The position numbers and the translations under genes were made by a program. Below are positions 26,376 to 37,280 of a stretch of 64,000 nucleotides of DNA, one piece after another. The notes under the pieces are model-generated. The model was not told the origin of the DNA. It saw nothing but the letters and a program-made list of their open reading frames with translations, and ran no database searches. The stretch covers positions 7,936,001 through 8,000,000 of the forward strand of contig NC_058369.1 of assembly GCF_018350175.1 (NCBI RefSeq), read 5' to 3'. The stretch comes from Felis catus (Eukaryota). Each line of letters starts with the position of its first letter. The first letter of the stretch is position 1.

Positions 26376-26391
26376 GCGCCCTCTGGCGGCC
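26376..26391 (-). promoter_or_regulatory. CTCF motif between the AP1M2 3' end and the CDKN2D promoter
   Basis: Reverse complement GGCCGCCAGAGGGCGC matches the CTCF core consensus. Confidence 0.65.
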
Positions 26392-26582
26392 GCAAGAGGA
26401 ACTGACGGGGGTGCGGGAGCCGGGTTGGAGCCTGGGCCCAAGGAGAGAGTTGGGCAGATGCCCCGACGGGGGCTAGGGAGTGGATGTGTGTTGCCCATCC
26501 CCATCCCGGCACTTCGGGGGGGGGGGGTCCCTGGCATTCCCAGTCCCAGTCAGTAATATACACAGCAGCCAGATTCATTCTT

Positions 26583-26588
26583 TTTAAT
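26583..26588 (-). terminator. AP1M2 polyadenylation signal ATTAAA
   Basis: TTTAAT on +, about 370 nt after the stop codon; the only AWTAAA-like hexamer I saw nearby. Confidence 0.6.
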
Positions 26589-26954
26589 ACCATCCTAAAA
26601 CTCAGGGTGGGCCAGGGTGGCCTCTGGGCTCAGCAGCTGTGAAGGAGGGGCCCCGACACCCCTAAGGCAGGTCACTGCAAGAAGGCACTCATGAGGGGGG
26701 CTTCAAGACCCTCCTCTATTCTTCATATAAAATTGGAGGAGTGGGGAGCCCGGAGGCAGAGGGAGGTGGGGAGACTGTTCCTCCTAGCCTGTGGGTAGAG
26801 AGAAAGGCAGGGAGGATGCCGGGTGCTGGGAGCAAGAAACGGCTAAGTCAGGGGCCTTCCCTCACACACATCCCCCATCTTCCTCCCAGGAAGTCTACAG
26901 TCCCAGCCTGGGGAGAGGGAAGGCCCCATGTCTAGGCCCCACCTCTTCTCTCTC

Positions 26955-29900
26955 CTAGCTCGTACGAAGTTGATAATCTGCAGGGAGACAATGAGCAGAG
27001 ACCATCTCAGAATTGGGGAAAGGAAACAGACAGAAAGCCCTCCCCACAACCTATCCCCCACCCCAGTGCTCATGACCAACCCACGGATATGTAACAAGGA
27101 CAAGAATGGGGTTGTAACACAGGGATAGTAACCATAGCAACAAGCTTGTTTCCAGGTGCAGATGGGGGTACCATGCGTTCACTCCCTTGCTCAAACCTGA
27201 TCAGTGCCCTAGAACTGCAGCTGCCCCCATTTTAAAGATGGGCCAAACTGAGGCCCAGGGTGGCACAGGGATAAAGACAGGATAGGCCTGGGGCCAGGCC
27301 TGTTGAATTTTGGTGCCCTCCAAGCCAGAGCGTGGTCAAAGCCCCGAGACCATCCTTTTGATCTCCTTGACCCCAGCGTCCCAGGGAGCCCGGCTGCCTT
27401 ACCGCCACTCTGGGTGATGTAGCGAACCCATGGCAGGGCCTGGTAACCGCTTTTCTCAATGATCTTCATGTATCGGACCTGAAACGGAATAGAAAGAGGT
27501 GGCCCAGGTGGTGGGGAGAGGCTGGCTGTGGCGAGGGTACCGTGTGGAACACAACTTGGGGGATTATGCTGGCATGGTTGGGGAGTAATGAGGGGACATG
27601 GCTTGCGTCAAAGGTTTGGCACGTGCAGTGGGAGTAGGGGAAGGGGGAGGCGGCACAGGAGGTGGGAAAGAGCACGATGTAAGGGAATAGACACAATGTG
27701 GTTTTGGGGGGACGAGGCGACACAGGCCAAGGGAACGGTGTATGGTTTGCGGGTGGGTGAAGACACAGTGAACATAGTAGTGGGGAACAAGATGCCACAG
27801 ACCGGCTGCAGAGGTGAGGTGATACCGGCTAGGGAAGGAGCCAAGGGGTAGGAGAATGGGGAGCCCACTGCACTCACCTGGATCCCGGAGACAGTGAAGT
27901 AGGGGATCTCAAACTTGACCCCAATAGGGGGCCGGCCCTCCACCTCCTCCTTCTCCACGCTGGGGAGGCCAAAGTGGGCGCGCATCAGGTACTCCTTGCC
28001 CCCCTGAGGGCACATGGGGGCGTCAGATACACCAAGAGGCCTCTACACGCCCCACAGGATCCTCACAATGGCCCCCAAGCAGGCTCTGCTCTCGGTCCCT
28101 TTCTGACAAGACAGTAAAAGCTCCTGGCCAAGATTCACAGCTGAAGGTTTTTGTTTGTATTTTTAATGTTTATTTATTTTGGTGGGGGGAGGAGAGAGAG
28201 AGCACACACGAACAGGGGAGGGGCAGGGAGAGACAGAGAATCCCAACCAGGCTCCAAGCTCAGCTCAGAGCTTGAACCCACAGACCGTGAGATCATGTCC
28301 CGAGCTGAAATCAAGAGTTGGACGCTTAACTGACTTAGCCGGCCAGGTGCCCCTCACAGCTGAAGTTTCTAATGACACAGCCTGGTCAGAGTGCTTCTCA
28401 TGACCATCTCCCATTTTCCAGTCCCCTGATGAGCCCTCGCCACCCCCCACCCCCAGCCCACCAGATCCCCAGGGACTGATTGAATCCTCCGACAGCCCCA
28501 GGATGGGGTATCCTGATCCTGTCTATTTCACAGATGAGCAAACAGAGGTTCCGTGGAGGGAAGTGGGTTTCCAAAGGCTGTCTAGCTCAGGGAGGCAAGG
28601 GTGGAGAACTTGAACCCAGGGCTGGTGTCCTGAAGACCTGGGAGGCAGGGACCTGCCGGCCTGGTTTCCGGCTTTATTACCCCTAAAGGATAACCATGTG
28701 CATGCATACATGGGTCTCCAGTTTATTCTCCGCCTCTCGCGAGCAGGAGGGGCAGGCGCCTCAGGCCCCACCCCGTACTCAGTACCCAGTACTCACCGGG
28801 AAGGACTTAATACTCCAAATAACGACATTCTTTTCGGGCACGTACTTGGCACTGCCTACACTGGTCTTGAAGCGTGGGGAGTCGGCATCACTGGGCACGG
28901 GCACGGATATCTCCACCCCGTTGGCCACCGACTGCTTCTTAAACTGCCCCTTTGCCTGTCAGGGGAGAGGGTGGGGCGTGAAGAACTCACTCCTGCATTC
29001 TGCCAATGTTCAGCAAGCACTTTCCCCACAGTACCTCACAGAGAGCCTCCCTAACCCCGAGGTGGGTACGAACGACCATCCTGCCCATTTCACAGGCGAG
29101 AAAACGGAGACGCGGGGAAGCTGCGGCAGTTGCTCGCAGACACACAGCCAACAAGTGGCAGAGCCAGGATTCACACCCACACGAGACTCCAGAAACCCCG
29201 TTCTTGGTGCCTTCCATTCAGACCTTTCGCTGGTCTAAAATGATGCCCCTTAGCCCATCACACAGGAGTTTTCATTTGATAGCTAGCATTTTTTTTTAAT
29301 TGTTTAATGTTTATTTATTTTTGAGAGAGAAAGAGGGAGACATAGAATCTGAAGCAGGCTCCAGTCTCTGAGCTGTCAGCACAGAGCCTGATGCGGGGCT
29401 CGAACTCACGAACCCCGAGATCATTACCTGAGCCGAAGTCAGACGCTTAACCGACTGAGCCACCCAGGCGCTCCTATTTATTTTTATTTTTAAAATAATT
29501 TTTTTTTAATTTATTTGAGAGACACAGAGCATCTGTGTGCATGGACACCTGGGAGCTCACCCACAAGCTGAGGAGAGGCAGAGAGAGAGGAAGAGAGAGA
29601 GAATCCCAAGCAGGCTCAGCACTGTCAGCACAGAGCCTGACGCGGGGCCCCATCTCACGAACTGTGAGGTCATGACCTGAGCCGACATCAAGATTCGGAC
29701 ACTTAACTGAGCCACCCAGGTGCCCCAAAGATGAACCCACAACCCTGAGATCGAGAGTCATATTCTCCACCAACTGAGGCAGCCAGGTGTCCCAAGGAGT
29801 TGAAATTTTAAATAAGGAAATCAGGAAAGGCCTCTGAAGAGGTGACATTTAGCAAAAAATTGAGGGAGATCAGGGAAGGAGCCACGTGGACATCTGGGGC

Positions 29901-32900
29901 GGGGAGGGGGTGTGATCCAAGGAAAGGGAACAACCAGTGTAAAGGCCCTGAGGTAGGACCTTGCTTGGTGTGAACAAAGAGGAAGCCGATACAGCTGGAA
30001 TGGAGTGAGAGAGAGAGACCGTGGAAGGACACAAAGGTGACAGCAGATGGTCGTAGGGTCTAGTGGGCTGCCAGGACTTTGGCTTTTCCTCTCAGTGAAG
30101 TGGGAGCCATGGAAGGTTCTGGGCAGAAGAGAGACACGCAGCCAGACTCAAGTGCTCACGGGTGTCCTTTAGAGGAACAGTGAGGGGGGAGAGGGCAGGA
30201 GCTGGGAGACCAGGGTAGATATGGTGGAGGGAGTGCAAAGCGGGCAGATGAGGGATCCATTCTGACAGTATTTGCTGATGGTTTGTCTGTGTCCCCCAGG
30301 CAGCAAGCTCCCTGAGGGCAGCTTATCTTTTATTTCTTCCCCCTTGTCCCTTAGTTCCCTTACAAAGTAGAGGCTCAGTTAAAACCACAATGTGAATAGT
30401 TGAGATCTGTGTGTCATTTAGACGTTATTGGGAACTTACTATGTTCTTACTGGGGAAAAGAAATCCACACAGGAGGAGATGCAGTACTGACGCAGGTCAG
30501 TAGAGCAGAGGCCAGAGGAGGTGAGAGGGTGGGGAGCCGAAACCGTGGGCCCGGCTGCTGGAACAGCAGCCCAAGTAGGAGGAACAGCCAGTGCAAAACC
30601 CCCACAGGGAACTGTGCCTGACATGTCTGAGAACCAGCCTGGAGACCCGTGGTGTGGCCGGAAGGGAGTGAGGAGCCAGGGAGGGTGAGAGAGAAGGTTA
30701 GGGTGGCGATTGTGGGGAGGGGCAGATCAAACACCGTAAGTAAGTAATTGTTCCCCTGGGCCTACCTTGACCATGATCTCCACACGGCTGTGGGAGAACT
30801 TCTCAATGACGGACTCAATCCAGATCAACGGCTTGACCTACAGGCGGCAGAAGAGGGGGCTGTTGGAGGTTCTGGGGCCACCTCTCACCCCCTCCAGGGG
30901 GCCTCTCCCCTGCTTCACCTGGGTGCTGAGGCGGTAGGACATGAGCTCAAAGTCGCCGTCGGGTGGGATGAAGGAGATAGTGCGGTCATTGTCAAAGCGA
31001 GACAGCCGCACACACTGGTGGAATTTGACGTCTTCCAGTTCCACAGACTTGTTCTTGCTTCCTGAAACTCGGAGCCAAGCAGGCAGGTGACCCTGGGGGT
31101 CTGGGACAGGGTCTTTAGCCCTATCTTCCCTGCCTACCACTTATCATTACTTCTGTTTTAGAGATAAGGAAACTGAGGCCCAGAGAGGACAAGGAATTTG
31201 CCCAGGGTCACCGAGCTGGCCAGGGGCAGAGCTAGGATCTGAACCCAGGGAATCTGACTCTTGCTGTCAGGTTTTCTTTTTTTTTTTTTAATTTAAGTTT
31301 ATTTTGAGAGAGAGAGAGAGAGAGAGAGAGAAGGGGAGGGGCAGAGAGAGGGAGAGAGAATCCCCAGCAGGCTAAACACTGTCAACGTGGAGCCCAATGC
31401 GGGGCTTGAACTCACGTACCGTGAGATCATGACCTGAGCCAAAACCAAGAGTCGGACACTCAACCAACTGAGCCACCCAGGCGCCCTGCTATCAGCTTTT
31501 TCAATATGATGTTCTTCTGTCTCCTACTCCCACTGAAATGTCAGCGCCAAGGGCAGGGATGGGTCTTTTTCTCCACTGTATTTGTGCCAGGCAGTATCCA
31601 CTTTTGGCACCAGTGAACCAGCAGCCGCAGCACCGGCTGTGACCAGCAGAGGGCACGCGAGTGCTTATTTCAGAGCCGGTTGCCATTCTCTGGGTCCCCA
31701 GATGGGGTAGGGTCAGCTCCCTCGCGCGCCCCCCTCCAGATGCTTACGGCCAGTGAGCTCAAAGAGCACACGGTCGTTGAGGCCAAGCCGCAGCTCTGGC
31801 ATTCCCGACAGAAACACCTTGAGCTTGATGGTGCCCACGATCTCGCTCAGCAGGACGCTGCCGTTGGCATTGACCTGAGGGTGCACATGACACAGGACGG
31901 GGTGTACACGGGCATAGAGCCTCCTCTCCTGCCCCCAGGCCATGGAAGGAGAGGGGTAGAGGTGTGGGGGGCTCACCAGCAGGTTGACAGACTCTATGAC
32001 ATCAATGAACACCTCGTTCTTCTTGTACTTGATGCCCTCAGAGCGCCAGGACACAGCATTGGTGACAGTGGGTGGCACTCGAGATTTGCCGGTCTCCAGC
32101 TTGTTGCCCTGCTGTGTGATGTACCTGTCAGGAAGGCAGGGGCGACAAGCAGCTGGACCCAGAGACACTTCCCTGACCCTCCCCGACTTCCTTCCATTAG
32201 TGGCCCACTCACTCCTGCAGGATCTTGCTGTCGGTGGTCTGGGGGAAGCCGAAGTCCATGAGCTCGTCCAGCAGCTCGTAGACGATGACGAAGTTGTCTC
32301 GGATGCTCTCCTCCTCCAGCTCCTTGAAGTATTCAGAGAATACCTGGGGGTGTGGGGAAACAGACACCAACAGAGGTGTGGCTGTGGTGTAGCTGGGGCC
32401 GTGGGCTGCGCCCCACTCATCCAGCCATCAATTCAACAAGCAGCTGTTGGGTGTCTGCCATATACCAGTGCTGGAACATTAACGGTGAGCGGAGTCAACA
32501 ATGTCCGTGCCTCCGTGGAACAGTCTAGCGAGGGAAATGGACTGGTAACAGCACCAACACGATACAACGTGCTGAGTGCAAAAAATGAGGAAACCACAAA
32601 GTAGGAACCCTGAGGCATGGAGGTCCAGGAAGCCTTCCTGGAGGAGGGATTGGAAGGGCTCAGAACTAGTGTGTGTGTGTGTGTGTGTGTGTGTATACCA
32701 TGAAACGCTGTGTATCTGGTGCTGTTTATGGAGTAAGGTTTCCAATACACAAAATATACAAGATGACAAGGGAAACCCATTATATAGAAATACAGCTAAG
32801 CTCGTGGATTCCTTGAATTCTATCCACAGGGCTTTAGGGGTTTGGGGACCCCAAGTCCACAGCCTCTGGGGATTAGGAGGCGTGACCTCAGCAGAGAGCC

Positions 32901-35447
32901 TGTCAGTCATCTGACATTTGAAAAACCCTCCGTGTCTCACTCTGTTCCAGCCCCATTGGCCTTCTTTCTGTTCTCACCTCAGAGCCTTCGCATATGCCGT
33001 CCCCTCTGCCCGGGACATTCTTGCCACTCAGGCCTCAGCTCCAATATCACCTCCTCAGTGAAGCCACCACCATCCCTCCTGCCCCCTTGAGTATCAAGGT
33101 GACTCTAGCACCCTCGTCACTGGTTCTCCTAATGTCCTGTCGAATCACCTTCATGTCCTTTAACTCCTCAGGACAGGCAGGGACTGTGCCTCTCTCATGC
33201 AGAGCTGCTCCCCTCTCTGCCTGGCAGGAGGCAAGTCAATACATATTTCTTGTTGGCTGGAAAGTATTTACCAAGCACCTTCTCAGTCATTGAAAATGGC
33301 ATAGGGGTGCCTGGGTGGCTCAGTTGGTTGAGCTTCCCACTTCGGCTCAGGTCGTGATCTCCCAGCTCATGGGTTCAAGCCCCACATCTGGGTCTGTGCT
33401 GACAGCTCAGAGCCTGGAGCCTGCTTCAGATTCGGTGTCTCCCTCCCTCTGCCCCTCCCCCATTCGTGCTCTGTCTCTGTCTCTCTCAAAAATGAATAAA
33501 CATTAACAAAACTTTTTTTTTAGGAAAAGGGGGCACTGGGATTGGAACCCGGTTTTCTCTGGCTCAGATTTGAGTAGTATACCCTCTTGGGACCTCTTTG
33601 GTCCTCGCCCTATAGGGAGAGATGATCCCATAGCAGCTGAGAACACAGAGATAGATGGGGCTTCCATGGGGTGAGGTCAGGGAAAACTTTCTAGGAAAGA
33701 TGGATCCTGAAAGACAAGGGCGAGACAGGTAGACAGACAGACCAGCCGGCCAATGGGAAGCCAGAACTTACCTCCACCGTCTTGTAGAGGAAGGAGTACA
33801 CGAGGGAGGCGTTGGCGTTCTTCAGCGTGGTGGCTACCACTATGGGCAGCAAGGTTAAGGAAAAGGTGCCATTTTGGAGGTCTCAAATGGAGCACGGACC
33901 CTAAAACCTCACCCTGTCCTCCCACCCTCATCTCACCTCTGTCCACCCACCCCCTGCCCCCAACCTGAACCACTGATGTGCTGTGCAACTTCTGTCCTCA
34001 GTCCACCCTCTCTGGACCTGAGCTGCCAACACCCCAGGCCTCCAGGGACCCAGCCAGAGTCTGGATACAATAGAGGTTGCTGTGTTTGATCCACAAAAAG
34101 TGGACCCGGCCATGGCTCAGCAGTGGGGCCAAGGCACCCTCCTCCTCCCGCTGCATGAGCAGAGGCATGAAGTTCTCAATCTCACTCATGGCCACATCGC
34201 CCTTGTAGTTGCGGCTGATCAGGGGCTAAGCGTGAGCAGAGAAGGCCCGGTCACTGCTGGGATCTGGGACCCTTCATCCGGGGGCACCAGAGTGCCTGGT
34301 TCTGACCCTAACTCCTGAGTGAAGGGCAGGGGCAAGACTCTGCTACTCTGTGCCTCAGTTTCCTCTTCTGTAAAATGGGTGCACGATACCAACAGCAAAC
34401 ATGTCTGGAGTCCTCCAGGAGGACCAGGCTGTGTCCTACTAAAGACTGGATGTTTGCTAACTGATTTTGTTCTCACTACAATCTGCGGGGGGGTGTGCCA
34501 TCACCCTCTTCATTTGAAGGATGGGGAAACTGAGGTGTGAACCAGGTGTGTAACAGCTGGGGAGACTGGGAATTGAACCAAGGCACCCTGGATCCAGAAT
34601 TCCCGCTCTTGCCCAGGGCTTCAGAGGCACCAAATTGGTGAGGTAGGGATGACAGGAGGGAAGGGGGAAGGAGGAGGGGAAGGGAGGGAAGGGAGGGAAG
34701 GGAGGGAAGGCGGGAAGGCGGGAAGGCAGGAAGGAAGGAAGGAAAAAAGAAAGCTTATAGGAAGAAAGATAGATTATATAGCTCCCGTTAGCTTATATGC
34801 CTCTGTCTGGCAGGAAATAAGCGCAGTCAATAATAATAGTACCTACTTCCTAAGGTGGTTTAGTCCAGTGTTTAGAACCAGGATGGCACAGGGCTGGTCC
34901 TCAAACGCCCTAGGCTTCACCACCACCGTTTTTGCTGATATTAAATGACGAGGCGAATGAGAGGGGGCTTCAGAAAGGGAGAGCCCCAAAAGGGAATGAG
35001 GGCCTCCTGCCCCTGCCATCTTCCCCAAGTATTAATAACGTGGATGATGAAGGCGACAGAAATAACTTCAATCGACTGAACGCCTAATGTTTGGAGCAGG
35101 GCTACTGTGCTAAGTAGTTTACATTCATCGGGTTATATTAATTCCTATTGGGTGGGGACCTGTTATTCCCATTTTTACGGGTAGGGAGACTGAGGCTCGG
35201 AGAGGCAAAGCCCCTAGCCCCGGCACCTGGTTGGGAAACAGTGGAGGTGGGATTCGACCCACGACTTCCAGGGATTGGGGGAGGGGTGTACCCGCTCTCC
35301 CGGAGCTTTCTGGAGCCTCCCGGCCTGCGAGGAGGGGCCGCCCCTGGCTCCGGGGGAGCGCAGCCTCACCTGTCCTTCCCCCGTATCCCCAGCTCCCGGC
35401 CTTACCTTGCCCTTGACGTCGAGGATGAAGACAGCCGAGGCGGACAT
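26955..35447 (-). CDS. AP1M2: AP-1 complex subunit mu-2 (mu1B, epithelial), 12 coding exons, 423 aa
   Basis: complement exons 35406..35447,34069..34225,33772..33839,32213..32343,31977..32124,31748..31874,30919..31061,30766..30837,28797..28955,27878..28003,27403..27478,26955..26977 = 1272 nt. MSASAVFILDVKGK, TNAVSWRSEGIKYKKNEVFID, DVKFHQCVRL, C-term WVRYITQSGDYQLRTS. Synteny and sequence favour mu1B over mu1A. Confidence 0.97.
28148..33510. mobile_element. CAN-SINEs (about 28148-28354, 29290-29473, 29500-29795, 31272-31486, 33304-33510) plus L2/MIR remnants in AP1M2 introns
   Basis: SINE consensus motifs; L2-like text at about 29800-30280; MIR cores 'gaaactgaggc'. Confidence 0.75.
32669..32694. 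repeat. (GT)n microsatellite
   Basis: Read directly. Confidence 0.95.
33840..34068 (-). other. U12-type (minor spliceosome) GT-AG intron 2 of AP1M2
   Basis: Donor GTATCCAG; branch site TTTTCCTTAAC (33864-33854) 14 nt from the AG; no long polypyrimidine tract. Confidence 0.85.
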
Positions 35448-35660
35448 TGTGGCGGCCGGCGGACCTGGGAGGCGGGGAGGGAGCGCCGGGAGGCGACGGC
35501 GGCGCCGCTTCCTTCTTCCTGCGGAAGCGCCGGCGCGCAGGTGAGAGCCCAGGTGAGTGCGTCTTAAAGGGGAGGCCTCCAGGTGAGCGGCGCGGTTGGC
35601 CGACGCGAAGACTGCTGCAGGGCGGAGCTTTGGAGGGGAGCGCTGCCCCGCCTCACTTTC
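35220..35660 (-). promoter_or_regulatory. AP1M2 CpG-island promoter with E2-box cluster
   Basis: CpG-rich; CAGGTG at 35538, 35550, 35580 and CACCTG at about 35224 and 35367. Confidence 0.7.
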
Positions 35661-35749
35661 CCTCTGCACCCAGGAGTGCTGATGGGAGGAGTCTCCAGAC
35701 CAACCATCCAGCCAATCGTCCACCCAGCCAGCAAGCCGGCCAGCCGTCC

Positions 35750-36245
35750 GCCCACTCACCTATCCATCTACCCCCCTACTCATTCATCCACCCATCCGTC
35801 CATCCGCCCACCCACCCATCCGTCCATCCACCTACTCACACNNNNNNNNNNNNNNNNNNNNNNNNNNNNNNNNNNNNNNNNNNNNNNNNNNNNNNNNNNN
35901 NNNNNNNNNNNNNNNNNNNNNNNNNNNNNNNNNNNNNNNNNNNNNNNNNNNNNNNNNNNNNNNNNNNNNNNNNNNNNNNNNNNNNNNNNNNNNNNNNNNN
36001 NNNNNNNNNNNNNNNNNNNNNNNNNNNNNNNNNNNNNNNNNNNNNNNNNNNNNNNNNNNNNNNNNNNNNNNNNNNNNNNNNNNNNNNACCCATCCATCCA
36101 TCTCCATCCATCCACCTACTCACACATCCCTTCACTCAACCCACACATTCATCCTCATCCACCCATTCACCCGCCCACCCATCTATCCACCCACCCACCC
36201 ATCCACCCATTCATTCATTCATTCATTCATTCATTCATTCATTCA
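35750..36245. repeat. (CCAT/CCAC)n low-complexity array plus (CATT)n, spanning an N gap (35842-36087)
   Basis: Read directly; CCATCCACCTACTCACAC occurs on both sides of the gap. Confidence 0.85.
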
Positions 36246-36581
36246 TCTTGTTTCTCCTCCATCTTGTTATCACCCCCATGCATATCAGCCCCATTAGGGC
36301 AGAGATTTTGTCCTGTTCATCTCTGTGTCCCCAGTGCCCCATACTGGGTACTCAATATTATTTGTCCAGATCATTCATTCATTCCTACAATAACTATCGA
36401 CTAATTAATTTATTCTTTCACTCAAATATTTACCAACTAGTAAATTCCTTCACTGAGGAACTGTGGGTAGCACTGTGAGCAGAAGACATGTAGCTGCCTT
36501 TATTATTATTATTAAAGTTAGTCTTACTGATACCAAAAATATTTATAAGCTCCTACTGTGTGACATGAAGATGTTGATAGA

Positions 36582-36742
36582 GGGGTGCCTGGGTGGCTTA
36601 GCTGGTTAAGCGTCTGACTCTTGACTTTGGCTCAGGTCATTATCTCGCTGTTCATGGGTTTGAGCCCTGAGTAAGGCTCTGCATTGACAGTGCAGAGCCT
36701 GCTTGGGATTCTCTCTCTCTCTTTCTCTTTCTGCCCCTACCC

Positions 36743-36788
<46 letters not shown>

Positions 36789-37280
36789 AAATAAACTTAA
36801 AAAGTTTTTTAGAGGGGCACCTGGGTGGCTCAGTTGGTTGGGCATCCGACTTTGGCTCAGGTCATGATCTTGTGGTTTGTGGGTTTGAATCCCACCTCAG
36901 GCTCTGTGCACAGAGCCTGGACCCTGCTTCGGATCCTGTGTCTCCCCCTCTCTCTGCCCGTCCCATGCTCATGCTCTGTCTCTCTCTGTCTCTCAATAAT
37001 AAATAAACATTAAAAAAATTTTTTTTTAATTTTTTTAGAAAGATGTTGATAGAATGTTTAAAAGATAGGGGTGCCTGGGTGGTTCAGTCGGTTCAGCATC
37101 CGACTCTTGATTTCTGCCCAAGTCATGATCTCACAGTTCATGAGTTCAAGCCCTGCATCAGGATCTGCACTAACAGAGTGCAGCCTACTTGGGATTCACT
37201 CTCTCCCCCTCTCTCTCTTTCTGTCCCTCCCCCACTCTCTCTATCTCTCAAAATATATAAATAAACTTTTTTTGGAAAAA
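36582..37280 (+). mobile_element. Three sense-strand CAN-SINEs
   Basis: The first two are flanked by duplicated AAGATGTTGATAGA (about 36568 and 37040). Confidence 0.85.

Noticed and set aside
27500-27800. Weak periodicity (GGG..GACACA..TG) in AP1M2 intron 10
   Set aside because: Too degenerate to define a unit by eye.
33546-33555. GRHL-like site AACCCGGTTT in AP1M2 intron 3
   Set aside because: One extra base relative to AACCGGTT, and probably part of a MIR remnant.
35447-36478. ORFs of 270-340 aa
   Set aside because: They run through an N gap and simple repeats.
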